From NCBI GenBank assembly GCA_010015805.1, contig ML978134.1, positions 248,001 to 312,000 of the forward strand: a stretch of 64,000 bases of DNA, in the 5' to 3' direction. Source of the DNA: Rhizodiscina lignyota. Taxonomy: Eukaryota. Shown here one piece after another: positions 37,975 through 50,025 of this stretch. The number at the start of each line of letters is the position of its first letter. The first letter of the stretch is position 1. The notes under the pieces were generated by a model. The model did no database searches. It was not told the DNA's origin and was given only the letters and a program-made list of their open reading frames with translations. The position numbers were made by a program, and so were the translations under genes.

Positions 37975-38567
37975 AGTTGCGGTTACGAGCGTGGCTGTGC
38001 TGGCACGGCAGCGCAAGGATAAGTGGGTAAATGACCGGCGACGCAAAAGGTCTGCAGATAAGACGGGAAATGTACGATCGATGAAGTACTGTGCAGGTAG
38101 AAAGGTCAGCTCGTGAGCTCGGTGTCACAGGCAACTTTATCTATGTGGATACGGCGCAAGCTGCGACGACGAGAGGAGGGGTGCTCGACGACTATACATA
38201 GATGACAGCTCCGTGACGAATGGCCTCGCTAATCCTATCGACGCCAGTCCTTCGTCCACGCCGCCGCGCACTTCCGCGTCACAGTCAGCCCTCCTCCATC
38301 GCGTGTGCCGGCCTGTGCCGCGCTATCGATACACCTGAAATACTCCTGAGATCCTTCCAGACACCTCAGGCGCTGTTTTTGGAGCGTCGCTTACCCTTTC
38401 CGACGCGAAACGCGCCCCGCGTTCCACGCCCATAAGTCAGGTCTTCCATGTCCGAAGGCGCTCTCCGCCCCCAGCGCATCCCAAAACACGCCGCGGACGC
38501 CGTCTGAGACGGTAATCGCTGAGTCCAAGCCGTTCCTTCAAATTCCAGGCAGCACTACAAGAGCTTC

Positions 38568-40281
38568 TTACAGCTTAGTCTCTTGCCCCGACATCCTTCG
38601 AACGGGGCCGAGGCCAGTCACTCCCAGTCCTCCACCACCACTACCCCCTGCCGCACCACCCCCGGGTCCTCCGCTCGGGCCTGCGGGAGGGGTACCCACT
38701 CGACCCCTCTGTGCCTGCGTCTGCTGCAGCCTTGCGCTCATCAGCCAGTGCAACTGAGCGCGCATGCTGTTGATCGCGGCATTTGCATGTGCCATTTCCT
38801 CCCTGTTGCGCTGACTCTCGTTTATGATCATCATGGACGAGCGCGCGTCGAGCTCCGTAAGCGCTGTCTCGATGCGAGTCAGCTCCTCCCGGAGTGACTC
38901 GTGGAGCGACAGCAGATGCTGCGTAGGGGTGTCGAACGGGGCTTCTGACGCCGCTGATAGAGCTTCGTTCGGAGACACAGGATTCGATGTGGATATATCC
39001 AGATGTGGCGGTGCGCTTGTTGCTGAGGTAGACGACGGGTTGGTGTAGAGAATATTCTGCATAGCTGTAATGCCACCTTCCAAGATTTGAACTTTTCGCT
39101 GTAGTTTTTCGTGTGCGGAGCGTTGCTCGTCCTGTTCGGTTTTCTGCTTTGCCAGAAATGGTGCCATAGTCGCAATGGGGCAGTTGAGCACGTGGTCGTT
39201 GACTGCACTCCGCTTGCCAAAGAAGTGACACCCATACGGTTGGCCGGCACAGACAGCTGAAAACTCCAGACATGTCTGCGCATGCCTAGCACGATCGTGC
39301 ATACGAACCTCTTGCTTGCAGAAGCAACATGGTGCAGCGGCCTTTGTGCAAACGTTGGTCAAGTGATTCTGTCACACGTTAGATATGTGGCTCTGAAAAT
39401 AAAATTCAATGGGAATGACAAACATCAAGGTCCCTCTTCATCAGTGTATCGTCGCAGAACTCGCATTTCACTTCCACATGAAGGCATTCGTTGTCCGCGT
39501 CCTTGCGCCAAATTGTCTGCTGGCAGCCGTCATGCCTGCAAGGCACTTCAGTCATGCTGCAATAAGAATCCACATGATTTTGTACTTCGCCTCTCTTGAC
39601 ATCAACACCACAGTGGTTTGGACATTTGACCACAAGCTCGTCGAGCATTCTTGTGACGTATCTGGGGGCCGGACGTTCCACCACCTTGCTGTGTGGTCTG
39701 CGACACGTAGGACAAGGCCTTGCTACAGCATTGCGCATCTCATAGCTCTTTTGCAGGCAGTCTTCGCAGAAGGAGTGGTCGCATTCGAGCTGTATCGGCT
39801 TGAGGAAGGCACATTGGCAAATTGGACAGACGAGATTGGTGTCCACATTGGATATGTAGTCGAGTGCTCGAATGTCGACTTTGCCAGCTTCCTCAACTTC
39901 AGGTTCCGACGACCGTGGACGTTCATCATCGAGCAATGTATCCAACTCATGCTCATAGTCTCTTGACCACCAACGTGCCTCATTCTCGCGTACTCGGCGA
40001 TCCATACGATCAATCAACCCGTTGTAGCCCTCGTAGTCGAAATCCGGGTCCGCCTCGTCCATAAACGTTTGTTCCTCCCTTTGCCTAGGAACTGGAATCT
40101 CCCAGTCAGAAAAGATGCGATCGATACGAGGAACATCGTCGGAATCGAGGCGATAGGTGCGTTCCGAAATCGGGCGGTGGAATAGAGGACCTCGTCCGCT
40201 CGCCCTACGGCTGCTACGTATAGATGTCCGACGCGGTTGCGCCGGCCGCTGGGCTGCTCCGTTGGCATCAAGGTCAGACAT
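38568..40281 (-). CDS. RING finger + TRAF-type zinc finger E3 ligase
   Basis: CPICQC...CDHSFCEDC...CPTC (C3HC4), followed by TRAF-type Cys/His repeats and a coiled coil; intron 39369-39423. Confidence 0.9.
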
Positions 40282-40583
40282 GATGGTTCGGAGTTCGAAT
40301 CAGTGATGGAGCCTTGATTTCGACACGAAGGTCAATTGAAGGAAGGGTGGAGTGAGAGCATGACGATTCCGCCGAGGGACATGTAGACCCGGCTCGGCCC
40401 TTGATCCATGCCAGCCACACCAGTGTGGCGCCCGCGCCGTAACGTCAGCTCTCTTCATGTTCTCCAGGCACTCGTAATCCTCCTTCCACTGTACAATCTT
40501 TGAATTTGACGATCTGAAGACAACTTGGGGCCTCTCTAGCATTTACTCTCCTTCACTGTCACAATCTCCTTGCGTCTGGCACA

Positions 40584-41436
40584 ATGTCGACTCCTAATCC
40601 ATCCCAACTCTTCCTCCTCGCCGACCACATCAAACTCTCGCTTCTCGAGCGGCAACGCGCAATCTCCCTGAATCTCGAGCCTAGTGCTCATGACGGACAA
40701 ATATCTCGCTCGCTAGACTCGCTACATACCGGTGTGCAAGCATTAGAATCACAGCTCTCGCGCTCAGAAGATGCGTAGGTCTACTATCATGTTCACTAGG
40801 CGTCCGTTTCCAAGCAATTGACTCTCGAGCAGGACCCTCCGCGATCAGTATGAGCGGATAAAATCACAATTCGACGACCTCTCCTCTCAATTCAACGCAC
40901 CAACGATAACGACAACAACTCCCTCGCAACAGCCCACGTCCCCCACACTCACGACTCCAAACGATCCGTCCCTAGCCTCCGACTTCAGCGCCGCCCGCTC
41001 CAAACGCTCCCCTGCCCCCAACAAATCCGTCCGCTTCACCGACGACCCCACCGGCACACCCGCCGACCCCTCCGCCGCAGGTCTCTTCCCCTACCGTGAC
41101 GAGCCCGATGGCGCGCCCGACCAGTCCGAGCTGTCGAACCAGCAGATCCACGAGTACCACTCGGGGGTGCTGCGGGAGCAGGACGAGCAGCTGGACAGGC
41201 TGGGCGAGAGCATCGGGCGGCAGCGGGACCTGTCCATCCAGATTGGCGACGAGCTGGACGACCATGCGATGATGCTGGACGAGGTGGACGAGCGGGTGGA
41301 TCGGCATCAGGGCCAGCTGGATCGCGCGAGGAGTCGCTTGGGGCGAGTGGCGAGGAAAGCGAAGGACAATTGGAGCATGACGACGATTATCGTATTGATT
41401 GTGATATTGGTGCTTTTGATTGTGATTACGAAGTAG
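40584..41436 (+). CDS. SYN8: Qc-SNARE syntaxin-8
   Basis: LLADHIKLSLLERQRA N-terminus, SNARE motif EQDEQLDRLGESIGRQRDLSIQIGDELD and a C-terminal TM; intron 40775-40832. Confidence 0.9.
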
Positions 41437-41820
41437 ATGAGCAATGTGGGATGATAGATATTCATGGGCGGCTGGGGCTCTATATATGATTGGCGCTTGC
41501 TGTGGTACGGCGGCGGATATGGAGATTCGTCATTGTCAGAGTGTCAACAGGCACTTGGGGCGCAGTTTCAATGGATGCATGGTCAAAGCTTATTGCAAGA
41601 GCAGTGCCAAGGCTACGCCGTGTGTGAACAACACAGTGTTGGTGGTATCAGTGAAATAGAACAGATACATTCACCTCCGTGAGGAGATCCATGCTTTGTA
41701 AAACACCAGTTGAGTATTTAGTGCTCGCTCTCACTTGCGTCTACCATCTTCAAACAACTTCTTTTCTCATCAAGTTGCCTTTCTCACAAACCCAAGTATC
41801 AAATCAGTTGTCTTACAGCT

Positions 41821-42754
41821 ATGGGAGACTACTCCTCTATCACCACAGCCCTCGACTTGAGTTCGAACTTCGACGATGCCAAATACTCGGACTTGACGAT
41901 TCGATGCGGGGAGAAGACTTTCAAAGTGCACAAGATGATCTTATGCACCCAGTCCGAGTTCTTCGTCAATGCGTGTGAACGTGGGTTCAAGGTATCTAAT
42001 ATCCCACCAATTCTGCTCTTTATTGGAAGTACAACTGACAGCCATTTAGGAATCCAAGACCAACGAGATCGACCTTAGCGATAACGATGTCATCCTTATC
42101 GAAGCATTCCTGAGGTTCATGTACAAGGGCACTTACGAGGTGCCTCAGCCGGAAGGATACAAGGTGTCTGAGATCTGTTTTCACCTGGCGATGATCATCA
42201 TCGGCGACAAATACCTCCTGCAAACGTTAAAAGGCCACGCCGCGAAGAGAGTTCGACTAGCTCTTAGGACACGAGACTTCTCAATGAACGACCTCCTCGA
42301 CAAGGCACCAGCAGTATTCCAGAGCTTGCCCAAGCAAGATTTGGGAGCCCGAGAATCGGTGGCATATGCCGCGGCCTGGGAATATGCGATTTGCTTGTTG
42401 GGCGAGAAGCGCGGACTCGCGAATGCGGACAAGTCCACTGCCAAACTAAAGGCCGCTGTCATGAAGGATGCAGCCTTTGCTGGAGAAGTTGTGCAAAGCC
42501 TGTGCGACATGATAAGAGATGGCAACATGAATGATGCTGAGATCTTCGCCAACAAAGTTAAATGTCCACGCTGCAAGCGCACAGAGCGAAAACACATACT
42601 CGATAACAGGCCCGAAGATGTCGCCGAGTGGAAGTGCGTGAATTGCACACGGCGCTTGTATCAGAAGGAGTGGAGTGCCATAAAGCCAGCCGATCAAGGC
42701 TCTGGCAAGGCGCAGAATGCTGGGGAGGACCATGAGACACTGGCTGAAGAGTAA
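41821..42754 (+). CDS. BTB/POZ protein with C-terminal CxxC..CxxC (paralogue 1)
   Basis: YSDLTIRC...FKVHKMILCTQSEFF...GFK|ESKTNEIDL; intron 41992-42049; CPRC...CVNC. Confidence 0.88.
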
Positions 42755-43436
42755 GTTGGGTGTGCAGGAACCGAGGGAGACGCCCTACCATTCTACTACC
42801 TCAAGTAGCGGAGTATGGCAGGCAGGCAGACTTAGATGCTCTTCTATATTACGATTCCGGTTGGATCCAAGAATGGCATTAGAGGGCACACAGTGGTGTC
42901 CTATCATAGATGGAGTCTTCCGGGCTCCCGTCGTGGTGTTCATGTATCGATCAATAGGCGTTTTGCGTGCAGAAGAAATTTAGCATTTGAATTCCAAGCT
43001 TATGTTTCAAGCATTTCTGCTGTTCATCAAAACTATATTGATGTACTGGCGAGGTCTTTTTTGATGTAATATTGCATGCTGAGTTCGGGTTTTGGTGCAA
43101 GCACGTACCTTCGCGTTTTCCACCAGTCCGAAGTGGTTAGCGCATGGCGCCGTGGCGCGTTCTCCTGACGCGATTGAGTATCCCCTTCATTTTGCTTCCT
43201 CTTAGTGAACTTCTTCCTTAGCTCCTTCATGTGCCGGATATGCATTCTGACATCCTCAGCAACAGATTCACACCGTTCACGCTCTAGGTTGTTAGGGAGT
43301 AGCTTGCTAAGCCTGTCTTAGAAGACGTTATCAAGGAAAAGAGACGCAGCAGGCCTCATACGCTCATGAGAAACCAGCTCCTTCGTACCACAGCTTCTAC
43401 AGACTCTTGTGGGAGCGACTTCAGTAGTATCTAACA

Positions 43437-44960
43437 ATGGCAACCCAAACCCCCGCAACAAACCATAACAAGGAAGCTTCGTTCTTAGAGCAACTACCTA
43501 CAGAGCTCCTTCAAGAAATCGCCATTGAAGCTTGGCGGCCTAGCGAGCGCTTTAAGGGCAGGATGCCAACCGGTCCCGACGAGCTTGCAGTTGGAGATTG
43601 TTCTCGGTTAACCGCTTTACGACTCTGTTGCAAAACCATTTGTTGCAAGATCGAGCCTTTGTTCGTGTCCCTTTTCAAATTTCCCTGGCTATCCGCGACC
43701 ACGCAAAACCTCTCACATCTGCAGAAGATCTCGTTGCATCCAAGGTACAGACTAGCAGTTGAGGAGATCACAGATTTTACTACGTTGAAAGAGGTAGATG
43801 AGGATAAATACCGTCACTACAAACGCAAGGTTCGCGAAGAACTCGAGGCAGGACGACCAGACTCTGCCATCGCTCGCATCTGCAGATTATTTTTGAGAGA
43901 GCAACCTAATGATGTCTTAAAGGATCTCAGCTACCTAGAGAGATCAGGTTTGAGCACCGCAATGTTGACACTCGCTTTTCGGGACCTGCCAAATCTACAG
44001 GCACTACACATACTTCAGTCTGTCTCGCCTCTTCAATTTCGCCGGTTCACCACAAAGTATGGCCGCCCTTCCCTGTCTCATACCGTATCGACGTATCTTG
44101 CAGCCGCAGGCCTGGCTGGAAAGGAATTGAGACGACTCAGAGTGGGGTTTGGTGAATTAGAGGAATGGAGTATTCGGTCGGGGGTTGCTGTGCAGAATCT
44201 GCCTAAACCCTATTTCTCTCAGTACTCGAAAATGGAACATCTTGAGATCTTACTGAGTACACAAGACAACTTTCATCGAGGTATGTTGAGGAAACACGCT
44301 AGATTCATGTTTAGTCTCAATCTCATGGCTCTGCTAGGCCCAGATGACTGGATTCACTATACCGCTGAATTTCTCTCGGCAATGCCCGGACTCAATACAC
44401 TAAAACTTGGGTTTGATGACTGGATATACACGAAAACAATCTTTTCTAAGGTAGCAGATGTTCATTTGCCGTCTTTGACAATCCTCTGTCTCCATGGCCT
44501 TGAAATGCAAACAGAAGATTTCATCCGCTTTATCTGTCGCCAACCGGCACTTGAGCATCTGGAATTGTGCAACTGTAACTTCACTGGAGAGAGCTGGAAG
44601 GCGGTGCTCGAAACTTTACACCAATTCTCGAGTCTGCAGTTTCTTCGCATCTACCAAGTCGCAGAGAATGGCCTTCGTACGAGCTTCCCTGAAACGGGAG
44701 ATGTCATTGCCGAATCTGATTCAGACTTTCCTGATGTAGCGGAACACGAATTAGACCCATATCCTTATCGTATCACTGTGTGGCCGTCGGAAGCAAAGCG
44801 TGTCCGATTAGCTCAGTTCATTGATGACTACACTCTGACGATACTTTCGGCCCAATCTGATGAGGAAGATTATTATGTGTGGTTGGTGGTCATGAACGTG
44901 AAGCGTCGAATCTTGTACAGTTGGGCTGGAGAGTTGATTGAAACTGAAGGACCATTTTAA
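43437..44960 (+). CDS. F-box-like / LRR-like protein (paralogue A)
   Basis: N-terminal LEQLPTELLQEIA...LRLCCK, repeated LxxLxL segments; probable in-frame intron 44281-44337. Confidence 0.78.
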   Translation: MATQTPATNHNKEASFLEQLPTELLQEIAIEAWRPSERFKGRMPTGPDELAVGDCSRLTALRLCCKTICCKIEPLFVSLFKFPWLSATTQNLSHLQKISLHPRYRLAVEEITDFTTLKEVDEDKYRHYKRKVREELEAGRPDSAIARICRLFLREQPNDVLKDLSYLERSGLSTAMLTLAFRDLPNLQALHILQSVSPLQFRRFTTKYGRPSLSHTVSTYLAAAGLAGKELRRLRVGFGELEEWSIRSGVAVQNLPKPYFSQYSKMEHLEILLSTQDNFHRGMLRKHARFMFSLNLMALLGPDDWIHYTAEFLSAMPGLNTLKLGFDDWIYTKTIFSKVADVHLPSLTILCLHGLEMQTEDFIRFICRQPALEHLELCNCNFTGESWKAVLETLHQFSSLQFLRIYQVAENGLRTSFPETGDVIAESDSDFPDVAEHELDPYPYRITVWPSEAKRVRLAQFIDDYTLTILSAQSDEEDYYVWLVVMNVKRRILYSWAGELIETEGPF

Positions 44961-45728
44961 AAAAGGATTGCTGCCAATCACAGCAGGGTCAGTTTATGTT
45001 CAATGAGAAACACTTAATCTTGTGTCTAATCTAAATCCTGGCAATGGTGACCTGTGGGTTGATTGGTCACGAAACACCACACGTCTTCTCCAAAGTACTG
45101 AAAGATGATATATACTCATACCAAACGTGCTTCATAACCATCATCCCCAAAGCCGCTGAGGCTGGCATTCTTTATAAAACTATGAGGTGAATGCCCTATT
45201 TATGGGGTACAATATTGAGCTGAGGGGAGTAAACGGCCCCTAAGCATCTTTGCCCACTCCTAACCAGATTGACCTGGCTGCCCCGGCGGCGAACTCCTTA
45301 ATTTCGCTACGGGATGAGAATGGACGCCCATATTCCGGAAGAGCGATTGCGGCTCAATAAGTAATGGAGACGTAACCTTGATGCAGGTAGTCTTGATCCA
45401 GCCTTGGATGTCGAGATCTGCTCCCGATCTTAACTCCAAGCACGTGACTTCGCGTCTTGGATGGGAGTTTCCAAGTACTGGCGCGTTTTGCTAGCGCGAC
45501 GGTTCAGCTCCTCAGAGGATGAGAGCATTTCTTCTTCAACAGCTGCCATCTTGCGTTCACTCCCTTGCCCTTATTTCCATTGCTCCCATTTTGATTCTAT
45601 TCATCTATCCGCATCGGAGAATAACAAAAAGTCGGCCCCAGCTTGCGAAATAGAGTACCGCATAGCCAAGGTATCTGGCCTCCCTAACCTCTACGTCAGA
45701 CCTATAGATTTTCGACGGTACGCGATTG

Positions 45729-45786
45729 TGATGTACGCTCCAAAGCACCCAGAATTGACTTTTCAGAGATAGTCTCGTCTACCCTG
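45729..45786. repeat. Single inverted copy of the 55-bp repeat unit
   Basis: GATGTACGCTCCAAAGCACCCAGAATTGACTTTTCAGAGATAGTCTCG aligns to the reverse complement of the 9.3-9.7 kb consensus. Confidence 0.75.
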
Positions 45787-45876
45787 AATTGCAAGAGCTG
45801 CTCGCGCTTTGGCATTAGAGTACAGTTTGGTCGGCGATAACGAACCTCTTCTCTCAACACCCTCGAGTCCACCGGG

Positions 45877-47355
45877 ATGCCGAGCCGTGCGTCAGGTCGT
45901 TCAAGACCAGCAAAGCGGCGTAAGAAGTCGCGAACGGATCAGCCGCGGCAGGCGTCTCTGTTGGAACAATTGCCCACAGAAATTCTTCAAGAAATCGCCT
46001 CGCTTGTCTCGCTTGAGGACGCCAGCAGATTGCACCCTCTGCGCCTCACATGTCGCAACGTACATTATAAAATTGAGGATGTGTTTTCGCAAGCATTCAA
46101 GGGGTGGCGTGCAGCTCTTTCCCCCGCTAAACTTCGGATCTGCAAGATATCTCAACACATTCACAGTATCGATTCAAGGTCGAGACAATCATTGACGTAA
46201 CCAATACGAAGCGGGAGTCTGATGAAGAGTATCGCAACAACAGACACATCTTTGTCCGCAGACTAGAACGAGACCGAAATGAACCCTGGGCCCCGGTTAT
46301 CCAGAAAATAATTGATGACATGGACGCTTGTCAAGAAGGCTTCAGGCGTCTAGAACGATCAGGGCTGGGCACCACAATGTTGACGTCTGCATTTCGATCC
46401 TTGTCCAACCTCAAAACTCTCATCATCATTGCGCAGCAGAAAGTTAGGCCTTCTGCACCAGCCGAATATTATGGGCCCGGATCGATCTCACACGTCGTTT
46501 CCTCTTATCTTGCCGCGGCAGGGATGGCTGGAATAAAGCTGAAGTCCCTCCTGGTGGGCACTGGAGCGATAACCCACTGGAACATCAAGCCTGGCGTCGC
46601 CGTAATGGATCTCCCCATGTCATTTCTCCCACTCTATGCGAACATAACATCGCTGCAGATCAAACTCAGCACAAAAAACCCGACGTACCTAGGTGAGTAA
46701 TCAATATTATGACACACTCAAAGCGGAAGACTTAATGTATTGTTTAGGTTCCACGGATTGGATTCGCCACACGTCTCTTTTTCTTTCCGCGATGCCCCTG
46801 TTGGAAGAGTTGTACCTCTCTTTCGATGATCGAATCCACACAGAAGCTATCTTCTCGGAAATTGTTAATAAGACCACATGCAGATGGCCCAATTTAAAGA
46901 GACTCCAGTTGATCGGCTTCCAGTTGAAAACAGCAGATTTACTCTCCCTCCTTGGGCGTCATCAGGAGAATCTGGAGAGATTCGCGGTGCATTACTGCGA
47001 CTTCACGGGAGAAAGCTGGCGCAGTATTCTAGAATGCCTTAGAGAGTTTCCAAGTCTTCAGGATCTGCGCATCATCTACATCGCACAAGACGGATGGCGA
47101 ACTTCATTCCAGAACAGCGGCCATGTTGCGGAAATCGATGAGCAGCTCAATACCGTCGATATTTTTTTGGGTGAATTGAAGTTTGATGGGTGCCCCTGGG
47201 CGCTAGTCCAGGACTTGAACAAGTACTGCGTGGTGGCGGAACATTGGGAGAATATACCGGCACGGATCGACCAGTTCTTGACTGACTTTACTGTAACTGG
47301 TCTTGCCGCTGAATCCGATGTCGATATCGAATTGGGCGACCTGTGGTTGGATTGA
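45877..47355 (+). pseudogene. F-box-like / LRR-like paralogue B with a +2 frameshift
   Basis: LEQLPTEILQEIA and LERSGLGTTMLT align to paralogue A; frameshift in CAACACATTCACAG (~46153-46166); intron 46693-46747 at the same position as in paralogue A. Confidence 0.8.
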
Positions 47356-48017
47356 GCCCCAATTTGCCAGATTCACTAAACTGCTAGGATGTACAGCGCC
47401 TTCAATTACGATGGACTACATTCAATACAGATGTACGACCTCAATAAACACTGGCTGAAGTGTATTATATTGGGCACCCAAGTATGCTGAAACTCTCCTT
47501 GAAGACAAATTCGACTTGCCGCAATCTATTACAAGGCATTGAGCTGCTAAGGTATGTGAGCCTTTTATAAATCTGAATTTAAAATATGCCAACAACGTAG
47601 CCCCAGCGAAGCGTGTGCAGCGAAGCAGCGTCCCAGCAAAGCAGCGTCCCAGGCATACTGCATGAAAGCTGCAGGGATGCTCTCGCTTTGCTAAATCCGG
47701 CATTTCCTGCCCCCTTTCCACCTTCATCGAGGTCAACCTTCATCCTTGAGAGAACAAACCTCGTCGGGCAAATTGGTCGAATCACATAATTGAAGATCGC
47801 AATTTCAATTTCTGACGGGCACCTACGACAAAATGTACACACTCTTCGGTCACACCGATTCTATCTTGCGCAATGTGCATTGGTAAATTCTCATTCCATA
47901 TGCATGCACACCTCTATACTTTTGTACTTCGCCTTGAAACAGACTCCCTGTGGAAGTGCTCCAGCAATCCATAAGTTTCTTGTAAACAGCATGCAAGCAA
48001 CTCGATCCTTTAACCAT

Positions 48018-49521
48018 TCATTCCCAAGCTGAACCTTCTGGAGCCCCCCAATCGTCGTCGTTATACTTCCTGCCAGCTTCACAGTTAAAGAATCTACCGT
48101 AATAGAAAGGGATAGCGCCTTCGACAATCGGTGGATCCTCTTTCATTGGTTCATACAGGAAATCCTGAATCCAGCTCGTCCGTTTTCGCTCCCAGTCCCT
48201 GAAGCGACCATGACAACTCTCACAGCCGCAACAACCGCGGGGGCACCACCTGGGGCTTCTTCTGTATTCTCGGCGGCATCTCCTGATTCCACGGTCGTTT
48301 CGTGGAGTATTCTCAGAGTTAATTATTTTGAACCCATGGGGTTGTACCACCGGCAAATAGTCTGGCCAACTGTCGAAGAGAGGAAGACCGTCGTCAACCA
48401 CCTTCGATGCTTCATATTCCTCGTCGCGCAGCTTGACATATTCATCCCAATCCTCATACTGTGGAAGTTTGTTGTTTTCGAGTGTATCAAGGCCCATGGC
48501 TCTTTTCATGTTTTCGAAGAACACATCCCAATCATCCAACGCAGCACCCTTCGCAAAGCCATGGCGGCAATTGTGACAGTATGTCTCTTCATATGCCTCT
48601 TTAAATTCCTTTGAGCCATTCTTGTTTTCCTTGGAAGAGTTTTTACACCTCATACAGCGCCCTTTTCCGTCTTCGTCGTTATCCCGTGAGTAATAGACAG
48701 GCCACATCTCGGATATCCGGTGGCTGGAGGCAAGGCCGAAAGCGACGGCGGATTCGGGACAAGCATCTAATATCTCTTTGAGAGTGAACTGAGCGCAGTC
48801 GAGTTGCATCTTGAAGTTGGTATGTTGAAATATCTCGAACACGATGGGGAATTCTTCGGCAATCTGCTCAGCCAAGGGGTCGCGGAGCGAGCTGTCCTGG
48901 GGCAGAAGGAGTCCACAAATAGATGGCACTATGCAAAGGAGCTCGCCCACGTTAAAGCAATGCCGCTGTATCATATCGGTATACTGTCGGAGTGCAAAGT
49001 GTCGCAATGTATCGATTCCGTACTCGTCTCCCAAGGCGTACATTGCCGCATGGAACCCGATGTGTGACACGTCGTTCGGCAGCTTATATGAACCGCAGTA
49101 CATGAATCGCATCAGGCTGAAGACGATGGCAGGGTCCTTGTGAGTCAGATCAATTTCGCCGTGATTCGCTTCCTGTGTCGAGTCAGTTTGTTTCGATCGA
49201 AGAATTCTTCATATTGCTTCGCTGGAAATTCAATAACGAATCCACACATCGACGACGCACCTTGAAGGGACCCTTGAGTGCATTGCGAAAGAAGATGGAG
49301 CCACAGCACATGACAATTTTATGCGCTTTATATGCTTTAGTTCGACTGCGAATGATAAGGTCGGAGAGTCTTTCATCGTCGAAGTACCTGTGGTTTCCCT
49401 CAGTGTCCTTGGCTCTTGTGGTTTTCTCATTCGAGGCAAGTACTCACTCCGAAAGGCCCATGTGCAGTACGAGTACTGAGTTGCCATCTTTGTCTAGAGT
49501 ACTCCATTTGGATGATGACAT
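48018..49521 (-). CDS. BTB/POZ protein with CxxC..CxxC (paralogue 2)
   Basis: YFDDERLSDLII...AHKIVMC...GPFK|EAN; introns 49388-49447 and 49173-49260; CMRC...CHNC; PFYYG tail. Confidence 0.87.
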
Positions 49522-50025
49522 TGTTTCTGTGGGCTCTTCCCTCGTGGAATAAGGGCGATGATTAAGCTGGCTGGTAACGCTGGTTTGAGGAGGAGCAGCA
49601 ACTCCGGGACCGAAGACAGAAGTCGTTTTGAAAGAAAGTTGGAAGAAGACAACCTTTGAAGTATGAGGAGTGAAATATATAGGCGCTTGTGCGCGCTAAA
49701 CTGTGTTTCATCACCAACCAAGTGCCATGAACTGTTACTTTTGCATTATGTGAGGCAGTGTACGTCGTCAGTGACAGAAGTTTGAACACAGCATTTCGTG
49801 AAGATAAACCATGATTGCTTGAAGCCTAATAATACTGAATGAATCTGAAGCACCAGCCCTCCTCCAGTGCCGAGAGCTGCATTGTGACAAGTTTGACAAT
49901 TTAGGGACGTCCTCATGAATTACACGGCCCAAGTGACATCCGTCACAGAGTTTGCTGGTTCGAATCCAGCGGCTATTTCTCTCATTTGCCCCCGCCCTCC
50001 TTCCACATACCTCAGCTGCTTGCAT

